Notes: a model not told the origin generated them from the sequence alone. 64,000 nucleotides of DNA from Eledone cirrhosa (GCA_964016885.1 OZ024754.1:23560001-23624000); one strand, 5' to 3'. Positions 14,866 to 28,149 are shown, numbered from the stretch's first letter. Program-made: numbers and translations.

Positions 14866-15961
14866 TCCCATCAGGTGTAATGACTTGGGTTTTGGTGTTG
14901 GTGTAGTACAGTGATATCAGGTCCACTATCTTCTTGGAGATTCCATAAGCCTGTAAGATCTTCATCAGGCAGTGACGGTCCACAGAATCAAAGGCTTTCC
15001 TAAAGTCAATGAAAACCATGACCGCAGGAAGGCACTTTGCTCTAGCTCCCTCTAATATCTTCCTCAGCATCCGGATGTGACTGGTGGTTGATCTTCCCTC
15101 TCTGAAGCCGTTCTGGTTGTCCCTGAGCTTCTTCTCCATCTCAGGCTGGATCCTGTTAAGAATCATCCTGTTGGGGGTCTTTGCTACAAGTGACGTCAGT
15201 GAGATCCCCCTGTAGTTGTTGGTGTTAGAGAGATCTCCCTTCTTTGGCACTGGGACGATGTTACTGATCCTCCACTGATTAGGGGCAACTCCTTTCTCCA
15301 GTGCCTGGTTACAGAATCCCAGGATGATATCATCAAAATCAGACCTCTTCATCACCTCTGATGCCACTCCATCTTCTCCATGAACCATGCCCTCCTTGAT
15401 CCTCTTCTTGGCTCTCTGAAGCTCCTTTCTGGTGAAGGGCTCTGTCGCCTGATCTCCCCAGTGCTCTGGGCTGGGGGGGCTCTCCTAGTAGGGTCCTAAA
15501 AGGGTCTAGCCATTTCTTCTTCCTATCCTCGGCCCCGTTCCCTGAATCTGACTCAAACACCTCTTCCTCCCTGTGATCTCGTTGATGATCATCCAGCTCT
15601 CCTTACATCCAAATCTGTCAACCGCTCTCTCCACACTTCTGATCTTCTCTATCAGTGCCTCCTCTCTGGCCTCAGTGTAAGCGGTACAGAGTTCTTCCCT
15701 CATCACCTCCACAGTCTCCACAAAGGAGACTGAGGTTAGCTGGACATGCTCACCGACATCCAGAGTTGACATTTCACTCAGTGCTCCTGTGGGAGCCCCT
15801 ACATAGACACACTGGAAGAGGAAGACCAAGGTTAACGTATGTTGATGCCCTAAAGACAGACACTGGTCTGTTGGAGACGCAGGATATGGCAGCGATAATG
15901 AGGAACAGAGACCGCTGGAGAGAACTCGTCCATGGATCTCGGGAATTTTACCCGCCCTAGA
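14866..15961. mobile_element. RTE-clade LINE copy with 5' inversion: minus RT segment 14866-15720, plus 3' end 15721-15961
   Basis: [40 protein letters not shown]. 3' end [22 protein letters not shown]. Confidence 0.9.
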
Positions 15962-15966
15962 TTAGA

Positions 15967-16064
<98 letters not shown>

Positions 16065-16172
16065 GTATGTTTGTATATATATATATGTGTGTGTATATAT
16101 ATATATACATATGTCCAAGGCTCTAAAACCATCAACACCATAAACACACCTGGCATATCTAAGAACTGACTA

Positions 16173-16228
16173 ACTGCCTGATGAGGTCATAGCCATTCAA
16201 TAGCTATCATCGAAATATATATAGCAGT
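16173..16228 (+). ncRNA. Type-I hammerhead ribozyme
   Basis: actgc CTGATGA ..atagc/gctat.. GAAA tatata TA gcagt, followed by AATAAA. Confidence 0.82.
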
Positions 16229-16286
16229 AAATAAAGGATTATGAGTTCATGCAATTGACTTATGTATCGTCACTATATATATATAT

Positions 16287-16482
16287 ATAGGAACGAGTAG
16301 GACCCCGACGGCTAAGCTCAAGCCGTTTCGACGGCTAATTCTGTCCAGAATTAGCCGTCGAAACGGCTTGAGCTCAGCCGTCGGGGTCCTACTCGTTCCT
16401 ATTACCCACTCTACTACCCTAAGTATTGAGTACTTTGGTGCGTTATGGTCCATCTGGTTCCGTACCACATTTCCTTCGTTAT
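16287..16482 (+). mobile_element. Palindromic family E element
   Basis: Arms 16287-16343/16346-16402, flanked by (TA)n. Confidence 0.8.
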
Positions 16483-16579
16483 ATATATATATATTTGTGT
16501 ATGTGTATTTATGTATTTATGTATATGTGTATATATGTGTATATGTGTAGATGTGTTTGTATATGTTTGTATATGTGTA

Positions 16580-16643
<64 letters not shown>

Positions 16644-16889
16644 AATGTGTCTGTTGACACCTGAAATATAGCTTAAGAGAAACTTAAAAATAAGGAGTGG
16701 CTCCCCAATCTGAACTTGTTTATAGAATTCTTTCTGCCTTTGTCACTCTAAATATAAATTATAGCCTTAAAGAATTTGTTTTTAATGAATTCCCTTTTCT
16801 TTCAACCAATGAGCTCCACCCATCCCACTCCCCACCCTCTCTTACCACCTGAAAAGATATAAATACCACAACATTTATTTTGGACCGCC

Positions 16890-16940
16890 AGATTCCTGAT
16901 GATTTCTAAAGAATGAAACAGTTCTAGTCCTGTAGAATCT
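16890..16940 (+). ncRNA. Type-I hammerhead ribozyme in a PLE pLTR (~16790-16955)
   Basis: agattc CTGATGA t-ttct aa agaa-t GAAA cag ttctagtc ctg TA gaatct. Confidence 0.8.
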
Positions 16941-16972
16941 CATCTATATTAAAACTAAATATATATATATAT

Positions 16973-17510
16973 GTAAATATCTTTAAGTCGTTTGGAAGCC
17001 TCGACAATGCAAATGGGTAAATCTCCGGGTAACAAGGTCCGGTGGTGGAGAGAGAGATGTAAGTGGGTGTACGTTGAGATGCGTAGTGTGTATAAGATGT
17101 GTGAGATGTGTAGAATGAAGGGAAGAGTATAAAGGATAAAATAAAAATAACAACACAAGAGAGAGTTACCTTGGGAGCGATTTAATAGTCCCTATATATT
17201 TCGGATTCGCATCCATCAACTGGGGTTTTTTCCGGGGTGGGGGAAAAGGTTGTCTGACCCCAGTTGATGGATGTGAATCCGAAATATATAGGGACTATTA
17301 AATCTCTCCCAAGGTAACTCTCTCTTGTGTTGTTATTTTTATTTTATCCTTTATACTCTTCCCTTCATTCTACACATCTCACACATCTTATACACACCAC
17401 GCATCTCAACGTACACCCACTTACATCTCTCTCTCCACCACCGGACCTTGTTACCCGGAGATTTACCCATTTGCATTGTCGAGGCTTCCAAACGACTTAA
17501 AGATATTTAC
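16973..17510. repeat. ~250-bp inverted repeat of family D
   Basis: Arms 16973-17225 and 17258-17510. The track shows near-identical ORF translations on opposite strands. Confidence 0.9.
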
Positions 17511-17571
17511 TTTCTTTGTTACCTTTCACTGCACACCTCAATAAAGAGTGCAGTACGAACAGTGTTGGAGA

Positions 17572-17761
17572 GGGCGGTGGATTGGATGTATCGGTAGAGA
17601 GTCGGACACCATGCTTTGAAGCATAGAGTTACGTCCCTTTATGACCTCAGTTCAAATCCCGCCGAGGTTAACTTTGCCTTTCATCCTTACGGGGTCGATA
17701 AAATAAAGTACCAGTAATGTACTGGGTAATTGCTGGCCTTGTGCCAAAAATAGAAACAATT
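17572..17761 (+). mobile_element. tRNA-derived CORE-like SINE
   Basis: A/B boxes (..GTTCAAATCC) followed by ctttgcctttcatccttacggggtcgataaaataaagtacc. At least 7 copies in the window. Confidence 0.85.
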
Positions 17762-18131
17762 CTATATATTTAAATTATACAAATGTGTATATCTAGATAA
17801 ATCTGATTTAATAATATCTTATTAGATACATTTATAATGCTTTATGACTTATTAATAACATTTTAATTTTAAGGTTTTTTTTTACTAATATATTGATTAT
17901 ATTCTTGATTTTAATACACTTTTAAATATACTTGTGAATACCTTTGGAGTTATGATAGACATAAATTTATCTCTTTCACGTTACATTTGCTTGAACTCAG
18001 ATATAATACAATAATATAAATCCTTCAAAATTTTATAGTCTAAAATCTTATGTCATTTGATTAATTGACTATTTTCAATTAACTTAAGATTTGAAAATAA
18101 ACGGTCACGCATTATTCTTTCCCCCTATCTA

Positions 18132-18322
18132 GGGCGGTGGATTGGCAGTATCGGTAGAGGGTCGGACGCCATGCTTTCCAGCATAGTTACGTCCCTTTAC
18201 GATCTGAGTTCAAATCCCGCCGAGGTTGACTTTGCCTTTCATCCTTACGGGGTCGATAAAATAAAGTACCAGTAATGCACTGGGTAATTGCTGGCCTTGT
18301 GCCAAAAGTAGAAACAATTATT
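18132..18322 (+). mobile_element. tRNA-derived CORE-like SINE
   Basis: TGGCAGTATCGG A box, GAGTTCAAATCC B box, same body as 17572. Confidence 0.88.
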
Positions 18323-18762
18323 CTTTCCCCCTATCTAATTATACGCTATTTACATCTTACAATGCATATCTTCCTCCCTTTGATTATACGATTTAACTTA
18401 TCTCTCTATCATTTGATCATTTCTCCCTTCTCTTGTTCCTACGATCAAATCTCCTTCCTTTTTTTTCTCTTTATCTCTTTCCTCATGATTTGCTATCTCG
18501 ATCTATCACTTCCACTATCAATAATAATGAGGTATGAATATATTATTATTATTTAAATTTTTAACAGTTATATAAGTTTATGTATTATATATTATTAATT
18601 ATTTATATATCTTTTTACACATTCTCATACGCACCCTCTGTATTATATGTAACTTTTAATGTTTCAACTTAAGGTATATAAATATCGAGTTTTGTCATAA
18701 CTAATCACTGCCATGGCTAAATTATAACCATCAACATAGTCAAGGTATGTCAGGCATCAACT

Positions 18763-18828
18763 TATTTTATCTGATGAGGACGTACTGTTGAAATAGCTCA
18801 GTATATCTGAAATATGTATAATAAAATA
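18763..18828 (+). ncRNA. Type-I hammerhead ribozyme
   Basis: tattttat CTGATGA gga..tactg/cagta..tct GAAA tatgta TA ataaaata. Confidence 0.82.
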
Positions 18829-18870
18829 TATTTGATCACATGAATGTCTATATTTATTAATATTTTGAAG

Positions 18871-18949
<79 letters not shown>

Positions 18950-19145
18950 TAAACCATATATATATGAAGCTTTTGTTTTATGAAATTTTTGGAAGTCCTT
19001 TATTGAGCGAGTTTTTATATAAAAATGTATGTCAATACCGAACATTTTTTTGACAAAAAACTTTTGAATTTAAGTTATTTACAATTGTCAATTGTCTCTT
19101 TTACAACCGAATCCCATGCCTGGACTGACCAAAAAATACCATGCA

Positions 19146-19283
19146 ATAATTGTTTCTACTTTTGCCACAAGGCCAGCAATTATCCCAGTGCATCACTGGT
19201 ACTTTATTTATCGACCCTATAAGGATGAAAGAGTAAGTTAACCTCGGCGGGATTTGAACTCAGAAAGTAAAGGGGCGTAACTC
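19146..19283 (-). mobile_element. SINE, 5'-truncated (same family)
   Basis: Reverse complement of the SINE body. Confidence 0.8.
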
Positions 19284-20160
19284 ATGACGTTCCTTTTGAA
19301 TTGACACTTTCACATCTTGATTAACCAACTTTATTAATAAAAATCGTATTGTAGTTGCACTTGAATGACCAAATTATTCCTTGGTCTAAAGGTCGTAATT
19401 TTGTAGTTGTGTTCGGGGGTAGAAAAAAAAAGTTCTATATTTTAAAAGCTTTGTTGTTTGTGGCATGCTGCATTATCAAGGAGCAATAATACTTTTCTCT
19501 GTTGTTTAAAAAAATCGTAATTGATTTCTTTTAGGTAAAATGAAAATATTTTGTCTGTCATCCATGCCGTAATGTTCTTTTTATATTAAAATTCCTGTTT
19601 ATAAATGTCAATATTCTTGAAACAACGAGGTTTAAGGCTTTTTTCAATAAAAAGGGGTTTTAACTTCTCACCAGTTGCACTACATGTGAATAGTACTGTA
19701 ATTCTCTCTTTTGATTCCTCTAATTTTGTATTATTATCGTTAAGAAAAACATAACTTTTAGTCCATCTCCTTATTCCTACCCTTTATGTCTCATCCTCGA
19801 ATCCTTATTATCAGTCCCTGTCTCCTATTCCTTATCTCTCTATCATTTACTTTTTATTCTTTATTTAATCATTTGATATTTTAATATACAACTTGCCTTT
19901 TTATTTTGCCGATTTATAAACTCAAAACATATATCGTATTCCTTTTCATGTTATTGTTATCACTATTTTACACATCCACTTACTCACCACTATAACTTCA
20001 ACTATCACCACTACTACTATTATTATCAGAAACCGTATTTTGTACTTATTTTTTACATCGTCATTCTTACTTCTTTATACTTTTATTATTGATGTTATCG
20101 TTTTCATTCACTCGATTCTCTGATGTATCTATAAATGCCAATGCCATGTGTTACACCCTC

Positions 20161-20275
20161 CAGTATTCCGATGATTTGATCAGAGACACACACTGTATTT
20201 AAGGTCGAGTAACGCAATTTCGAGTGATTAGCGGCCTTTAGACTCACCTGTTCAATGAAACAATTGTTAGTACTG
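20161..20275 (+). ncRNA. Type-I hammerhead with long helix II and U4C core
   Basis: cagtatt CCGATGA t-ttga.cag..ctg.tcaa-t GAAA caattg TT agtactg, then AATAAA. Confidence 0.65.
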
Positions 20276-20438
20276 TAAATAAAACCCTTTTTGTACAGCC
20301 GACCATGTTACTCTTCACTCTTTCACTACTATTACTCCAAGATCGACCTGCATTGAAATTCTCGCAAACTCGCTACCTACGTAAGGAAACCTCTCACTAG
20401 ATTACCTAAAATGATAACTTGTTATCCCATGTGTATAT

Positions 20439-20439
<1 letters not shown>

Positions 20440-20491
<52 letters not shown>

Positions 20492-21003
20492 TTAACGTCT
20501 GTCTTCCACGCTAGCATGGGTTTATACCTGAGTTGTCCCACTTGAGGCAAGATTGGTTTTCTCGCTCGTATAGGACTGTCTGGCAAGTTTTCTACGGCTG
20601 GATGCCATTCCTAACACCAATCACGTTTACAGTGTGGACAAGGTTTTTACCGCGTTACCTACACGGCCACATTATAGCGTGGACTGTGTCTTTTTGTCGT
20701 GACACCTACACGACCTCATTTATTTAGGACTGGATGTTGTGGTACCAACATAACTTTACAGAGAAAGGGGTGGTGTTGATGGAGGTGGGAGGGTAGTGGG
20801 ATGGGGGTGTATTTTTGGTTAAGAGGTGCCTACTGGCTGTAGGTTTCGCTTTGTACATAGGCAAAGCAGATCTGTATTATTGCGTAGTGCCAAAGATCTC
20901 GGTCCAGTGACATTGTCTTGGAGAGATGTAAGTGTGTAAGGTCGGAATTTATCAAATGGTCCCAGGTTTTTCTGGGTCTGCCTACTCCGTAACTTCCATC
21001 AAT
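20440..21003 (-). mobile_element. Non-autonomous RTE-associated repeat with (GAT)n tail
   Basis: Carries an RTE C-terminus (GRPRKTW), the ggcatccagccgtagaaa motif and a taaatgatgat tail. Copies at 58040-58560 and 54050-54425; related sequence at 59660-60080. Confidence 0.75.
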
Positions 21004-21299
21004 TTTGATATATATATATATATATGTGTGTGTATATGTATGTATATATTTGTTCATGGTATGACATTAAACGAGATTCAGTGGGAAGGCTCGAGTTCAG
21101 GAACTGTGGGGAACGTGGAGTTACTCCTTAGTTGTCATAACTTCCAGGTCTGCTCTGGCCCGGAGTTGTAGTACCTGTTAGGGCCCCATTTATAGGTTAA
21201 ATCATTACCTTATTCGAGTGGTGCTGGTAAGGTATTGTCAGCCATTGAAAAGAACGTGGAGAGTGTATTTAACAGCACTAGGGTTAGAGACCCTAACTA

Positions 21300-22530
21300 C
21301 ACTGTCAAGGAGCAGTCTGGTTGTTATAACTATGCTGGCTTATAGCCACAGGGAGCACCAGTTGAGTGGAGGATCAGTAACATCGTCCCAGTGCAAAAGA
21401 AGAGAGATCTCTCTAGCACCAACAACTACAGAGGGATCTTACTGACGTCATTTGTGGCAAAGACCATCAACAGGATGATTCTTAACAGGATCCAGCTCGA
21501 GATGGCCTCATAACGGCTTCAAAGAGGGAAGATCAACCGCCAGTCACATCCTGATGCTGAGGACGATATTAGAGGGAGCTAGAGAAAAGTGCCTTCCTTC
21601 GGTCATGGTTTTTCATTGACTTTAGGAAGGCCTTTGATTATGTGGACTGTCACTGCCTGATGAAGATCTTACAGGCTTATGGAATCTCCAAGAAGCGAGT
21701 GGACCCGATATGACTGCTCTACACCAACACCAAATCCCAAGTCATTACACCTAATGGGATGACAGAGTTTTACTGGCTGGAGTGTTCCAGGGAGATACAT
21801 TGGCTTCCTACCTTTTTGCGCTGGAGAAACACCAAGACTCTGGCTTTACTATAACACCAGCTCAGAGCAGGAGAGTTAAGGCGAAAAAGATATCGGATGC
21901 TGAATTTGCCGACGACATAGTTTTGATGACAAACACATTGAAGGCGGCAGAGGATTTGATGCAGGAGGTGGAGGCTGTGTCGATGAGTGGGGGGCTGAGA
22001 ATGAATGAGATTAAGACAAAATATCTGCTAAAATATATTAAATATATTAAGAAGCCAGAGAAGATTACTAATGTAAGCGGGAAGCCGCTAGAATTGGTTG
22101 AGGACTTCCTGTATTTGGGTGCAAAGATTGGGAATACGGAAGATGATGTGGTCGAGAGGAAGAGCAAAGCTTGGGCGGCATGCCACAGCTTGAGATCGGT
22201 AGGATGGCTCTGAACATCAATTAGTATATACTGAGGATGAAGAACTCAGAGCTGTACGGGAGCCTCCCGAAAGTCAGCTCAAAAGCGACACAGAGGAGAC
22301 TGAGGTTAGCTGGACATGCTCACCGACATCCATAGTTGACACTGCAAACAGTGCTCCTGTGGGAGCCCCTGCATGGACCCACTGGAAGAGGAAGACTGAG
22401 GTTAACATATACTGATGCCCTAAGTACAGATACTGGTCTGTTGGAGACCCAGGACAATGCAGCTATAATGAGGGACAGAAATTGCTGAAGAGATATCGTC
22501 CCTGGATCTCGGGAATTTTACCCGCCCTAG
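21300..22530 (+). mobile_element. RTE-clade LINE, decayed RT to 3' end
   Basis: NNYRGI, GVFQGDTLASYLF, FADDIVL, FLYLG. Ends gggaattttacccgccctag. Confidence 0.88.
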
Positions 22531-22586
22531 ATAGATATGTATATATGTATGTATATATGTATGTATATATGTATGTATATATGTAG

Positions 22587-23805
22587 GAGTCAATGGCCAT
22601 CCAAAATCACCGGGAGAGATGACCTCTTAGCCTTTGTCAAGGCAGAATTTTAGGAGAAGGAAAACTCTGATATAACACCTGCAACCCTGATGGTATCCAA
22701 TGATCTTGACTTGTTCTTCTTTTTGGTAAATATCATCTTGGTTAAGAGAGTGGGAATGGCTTTGTGCAGTGCCTTTGCTCACTATAAAAGCTTCACGGCA
22801 CAGGCATTGCTTTGTATCTGGAGATCTCTCTGCACTTGTCGTCACATGGTACCATGGGCCCAGCACTATGTGTCAATAATTGTCACAAGTGCAGTGTTTG
22901 TACCAGAGTTTTCAAGTCGCTGGCTGGATTAAAAAGTCACACTCGTTCAGCGCATCGGTAGGGGTTCTCCTACATGGATATAAAGTAGTGGCCGTACTCG
23001 AAAACGAGTTGGCAGCCACCATGTATGTATATATATATATATATACATACACATACATATATATGTATCTCTTTCTCACTCTCTCTGTATGTACGTATAT
23101 ATATATATAATTATATATTTATATACTCTTTTACTTGGTACAGCCCTCCAGTTGAGGCCATGCTGGGGCACCATCTTTAATATATATATATATATATATA
23201 TGGTGGCTGCCAACTCGTTTTCGAGTACGGCCACTACTTTATATCCATGTAGGAGAACCCCTACCAATGCGCTGAACGAGTGTGACTTTTTAGTCCAGCC
23301 AGCGACTTGAAAACTCTGGTACAAACACTACACTTGTGACAATTATTGACACATAGTGCTGGGCCCATGGTACCATGTGACGACAAGTGCAGAGAGATCT
23401 CCAGATACAAAGCAATGCCTGTGCCGTGAAGCTTTTATAGTGAGCAAAGGCACTGCACAAAGCCAGTCCCACTCTCTTAACCAAGATGATATTTACCAAA
23501 AAGAAGAACAAGTCAACATCATTGGATACCATCAGAGTTGCAGGTGTTATATCAGAGTTTTCCTTCTCCTAGAATTCTGCCTTGACAAAGGCTAAGGGGT
23601 CATCTCTCCCGGTGATTTTGGATGGCCATTGACTCTTAAGAGCTCCTTTGCCCTTTGACAGGTTTTGTTTTTAGTCCTGCAGGATGTCCAAAGTCACCCT
23701 CCTCACCAAGAAACCTTGGTGGGGTTGCCAGTTTAGTCGCCAACGACCCGACCATGAGACAGGTTGTACTGGGATACATGTTACCAGTAGCACCAACTAG
23801 TGACC
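22587..23805. repeat. ~435-bp inverted pair of family G (22587-23021 plus; 23201-23805 minus, with extra RTE-like 5' leader)
   Basis: Mirror ORFs in the track. A third copy lies at 54466-54892. Confidence 0.9.
23728..23805 (-). ncRNA. Candidate HDV-like ribozyme at the 5' end of the family G element
   Basis: P2 CCAGT/ACTGG, CC-containing L3, GG, P4 GTCG-TTGG-CGAC, J4/2 C-TAA. P1 is imperfect. Confidence 0.4.
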
Positions 23806-23806
23806 T

Positions 23807-23850
<44 letters not shown>

Positions 23851-23853
23851 CAC

Positions 23854-23929
<76 letters not shown>

Positions 23930-23934
<5 letters not shown>

Positions 23935-24716
23935 TATATATATGTATCCTGAAAGCTTTGTAAATGTCTGAGAGATTGGCTAAATTTGTTTTACAGTGTA
24001 CTGTGCCATACTGCAACAGTAAACTGCACCATACTAAATCACCCTACATCACACCACACCACACTACGCTACACCACATCACTGTTCACTCTAACACTAC
24101 TGTCTTCTATTTCGCAGGTATGACCAGTTACATTAAGTGAAAGGAAGTTATTTCAAAGGATCTGAGTAATTAAACACTTCTTTGACCATTATTTTAAGTT
24201 ATATTATCTCAGTGTATTTTTAAATTGACCTCTTGATATCATTACACTGCAGTTGTAACGTAATGACCTGTAAAATTTTTTCATATTTAGACGGAAGGGA
24301 AGAAACGAGAAAATCAAAGAAAATCAACAAAAAGGAAGGCAATGAAACAAAGTTCAAGAGAAAGTATTCGGCAATGACAACGGAGGTATGATTTCAGTTC
24401 AATCTTAACCTAATGTCCCACCAACCACTTTACAGAGTGTACTGGGTGTGTTTTACCTCACTGTGTTGTAGTGTACTTAGGCAAGTGTCTTCTGGTGTAA
24501 ACCCTAGATAACGAATGCCTTGAGTGTTGTGAATTGTGAACGTGATAGGATGTTGTGAGGTTGTGTTGTGGGGTTGCGTGGTGAGGTTGTATAAGGAGGT
24601 TGTTGTGAGTTTGCATTATGATGTGGCTTTGTGAGGCTTTGTTGTGCAATGAAATTTGCATCTGGCCCCCAACTATATTTTAGTCAGTGTCACTTTAACT
24701 GAGCAATGAAAACACA
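23930..24716 (+). repeat. Segmental direct duplication, copy 1 (copy 2 at 26832-27560)
   Basis: Colinear similarity over ~750 bp, including a candidate exon. Confidence 0.9.
24291..24385 (+). CDS. Candidate host exon (95 nt; xGREETRKSKKINKKEGNETKFKRKYSAMTTE)
   Basis: ttttttcatatttag acceptor, GAG|gtatga donor, open frame. The paralog at 27128-27225 differs in length by 3 nt. Confidence 0.45.
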
Positions 24717-25054
24717 CCTCTATATATATCATCATCATCACTCGTCGACTACTGTCGAGATGATGGATCTCACTCTCATGCCCCAGAATTCCCTGTCCCC
24801 CATCGCTGCCCCCAGGTCCTGTCTACTGATTCCCGTATCCCTAGAGATAACGTCAGGGAATGACAGCTTCCTACTTCTAGTCAAGCTGGGGTCAGGGTTC
24901 CAGAGCAAGAGAGCGGATACGATTTCATATCTATATATATATGTATATATGTATGTATATATATAATTATATATATATTTATATACTCTTTTACTCGGTA
25001 CAGCCATCCGGCTGAGGCCATGCTGGGGCACCGCCTTTAATATATTTATGTCTA

Positions 25055-26810
25055 CTAGCTGGACTCGTGAAAAAAAATCATGGATAATTTTTGAAATTTA
25101 AATATTGTTCAATCAATATTTATCATTTAATCAAAGCTGTTTGATTTGCAGTATTTTGGCGAATAAACAATTATATTTTCCTTTATTTTATGTATAATAA
25201 TTGTTTCTACTTTAGGCACAAGGCCAGCAATTATCCCAGTGTATTACTGGTACTTTATTTTATCGACCCCGTAAGGATGAAATGGCAAAGTAAACCTCGG
25301 GGGGATTTGAACTCAGACCATAAAGGGCCGTAACTCTTTGCTGCAAAGCATGGCGTCCGACCCTCTACCGATACTGCCAAGCCATCACCCTATTTTATGT
25401 ATAATAATGATTTTTAAAATTAATTTCATAAAACTACACATAAAAAACATCCTTCAAAGCACTTCCCTATATACAATATTTCTAGTAAAGGTGATTCCTC
25501 TTCTGTGGCGATGAATGGATTCGTTTTGAGGTATCACTTTAACTCTCACCCTTGCTCTTGAAAATGCTACGTATAACTGGCTATGAGTGAAGCATGGCTG
25601 TGGTAAGTGTATGCCGACTCTGTGGAATGTTTGCCCCTTGTGCTTTATTGATTGTCATAGAATAGGACAGACGAACCGGAAACTGGGTCCTATGCAGAAC
25701 AATTGGAATGTTTGCATCGCTTGGATTGAGTTTGATTCTTGGAATCAGTACTCTCGTCTGTGAGTGAGATCCACTTATAATTGAAGCTTCGATGTCCCAG
25801 TGGAGGTTTGATATTGGCACCAAAAGAAGCAAATGAAAAGGCAGAATTATAATTTCTTATGTTGTTCCTAAAATTATATCCTTCGTGGTTATTTATATCA
25901 AATAATAGCCTAAGATTATTAGGATATTCTTGTAAAGCAGGAAGTAATAATTTTCCATTGTTGCGGCAATTCGGGGGCTCTCCTGGGAATCCTAGAGCTT
26001 CACAGTATTGACAAATGACATTCATATCACCAATATGGAAACGTAAAGGCTCCTCTTCAATTATGGCATTTTGTCGCTGTTGAACTCTGTTTCTCATATT
26101 CTGTCGATAAGCTTCTCTCTCATGTCATTTCTTCTCTCGTAATCTTTGTTTCTCATAGTCTGTAGATAAGTTTCTCTCTCTTCTGGATTCATGTCATTTC
26201 TTCGCTCTTGAACTCTGTTTCTATTATTCTGTAGATAAGCTTCTCTCTCCTCTGGATTCAAGTTACTTCTATCATGATCTGCGTTTCTTCTATTCTGTAG
26301 ATAAGCTTATCTCTCCTCTTGGCTCATATCATTCATCCTTTCTTGCATTTGTTCTCGATTACGGTCACGGATTGCTTGCCTCTCTTCTGCTTGTAACCGT
26401 TGTCGTCGTCGTCTTTGTCGCTCTCTCGCTGCCTCTCTTTGTTGACTTATTCTATCTTCCATTTTTAAGAATGGTTGTTTCAGTAATTATGAAGAACACT
26501 TAGCTGGTATAAGAAAGTGGTTAGAGATGATGTTTGTCATAAAAATAAAACTTGTAACAAAAAAACAAACAAACTGAGGGTAAAGCATGTAATTATTGAA
26601 AGCATGACACACACCCCTCTCTCTCTAAATATATTAAAACCCCCCTCTCTCTATATATAAACCCATCCCTTTCTTTATATTGCAACGCTCTTTGACTTTC
26701 TTTTGCCGTAGATTTTCGTAGATTGTTTACCACCCCACTTCCATTGTTTTACTGAAAGCGTGACACACACGGTCGGGCGGTACGTAGGTATTAGCGTATT
26801 AATATGTAGA
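25055..26810 (-). mobile_element. Internally deleted Helitron (SINE inserted at 25197-25391)
   Basis: 5' TCTACATATTAA at 26810 and CTAG at 25055. N-terminal charged repeats, IGDMNVICQYC..NIRNYNSAFSFASFG, fused to helicase C-terminus IPRIKL..RTQFPVRLSYSMTINKAQG. Confidence 0.8.
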
Positions 26811-27127
26811 TATATCTACACACACACACAGATATATATATATATATCCTGAAAACTTTGTAAATGTCTGAAAGATTGGCTAAATATGTTTTACAGTGTA
26901 CTGTGCCACACTAAATCACCCTACACCACACAACACCACATCACTGTTCACTCTAATGCTACTGTTTTCTATTTCGCAGGTATGACCAGTAAGAGAAAGG
27001 AAGTTATATCAAATGATTTGAGTAATTAAACACTTCCTTGACCATTATTTTAAGGTATTATCTCAGTGTATTTTTAAATTGACCTCTTGATAGGACGTAA
27101 TGACCTGTACAATTTTTTCATATTTAG

Positions 27128-27225
27128 ATGGTATAGAAGAAACAGACGAGAAAATCAAGAAAGACAACAAAAATGAAAGCAATGAAACGAAGTCCAAGAG
27201 AAAGTATACGGCAATGACGACGGAG
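27128..27225 (+). CDS. Candidate host exon paralog (98 nt; xGIEETDEKIKKDNKNESNETKSKRKYTAMTTE)
   Basis: AG/GT boundaries and reading frame conserved with 24291-24385. Confidence 0.45.
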
Positions 27226-27904
27226 GTATGATTTCAGTTCAATCCTAACCTAATGTCCCATCAACCACTTTACAGTGTACTGGGTGTGTTTTACCTCACT
27301 ATGTTGTAGTGTTCTTAGGCAAGTGTCTTCTAGTGTAAACCCTAGATAACGAATGCCTTGTTGAGTGTTGTGAATTGTGAACATGATAGGATGTTGTGAG
27401 GTTGGTGAGGTTGCATAAGAAGGTTGTTTTGAGTTTGCATTATGATGTAGCTTTGTGAGGCTTTGTTGTGAATTGATAAATATTTGAGCAATGAAAATTA
27501 CCTCTGGCCCCCAACAGTATTTTAGTCAGTGTCACCTTAACTGAGCAATGAAAACACACTTCTGTCCCTCAACAGTCAGTCAGTCATTTTTTACTAAAAC
27601 TCATTGATGCGAGTCCCCAGCATGGTCATAGTTCCTTGTCTGATATCAGTAAAAGACAAGCATTGTATCTATAAGTACATTATGACTATTTTCTCTTTAT
27701 GTTAACATTCAAGGATATTTGTATATATTTTGTTGATGTTTTTTAGTTACGAAATAGCTTAAAAGCTCCTTTGATCACAGCACTTTGTAAAGGCAACATA
27801 TATGTTTTACATTCTTTTGTTTTTGTTATTCAGATGACAGAGAAGGCAAAGGCACAGAAGAAGAAAAGAACAATGACAATTATTATTATTACTATTATTT
27901 GTGA

Positions 27905-28096
27905 GGGCGGTGGATTGGCAGTATCAGTAGAGGGTCGGACGCCATGCTTTCCAGCATAGTTACGTCCCTTTACGATCTGAGTTCAAATCCCGCCGAGGTT
28001 GACTTTGCCTTTCATCCTTACGGGGTCGATAAAATAAAGTACCAGTAATGCACTGGGTAATTGCTGGCCTTGTGCCTAAAGTAGAAAAAATTATTA
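27905..28096 (+). mobile_element. tRNA-derived CORE-like SINE
   Basis: Near-identical to 18132-18322. Confidence 0.88.
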
Positions 28097-28149
28097 CTAT
28101 TATTTGTTTTATTATAAGCAAAATAAGCTGTTAGTTTGCCTGCTATCCC

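Noticed and set aside
18132-18222. tRNA genes
   Set aside because: The A/B boxes belong to SINE heads; there is no complete cloverleaf and a shared SINE body follows.
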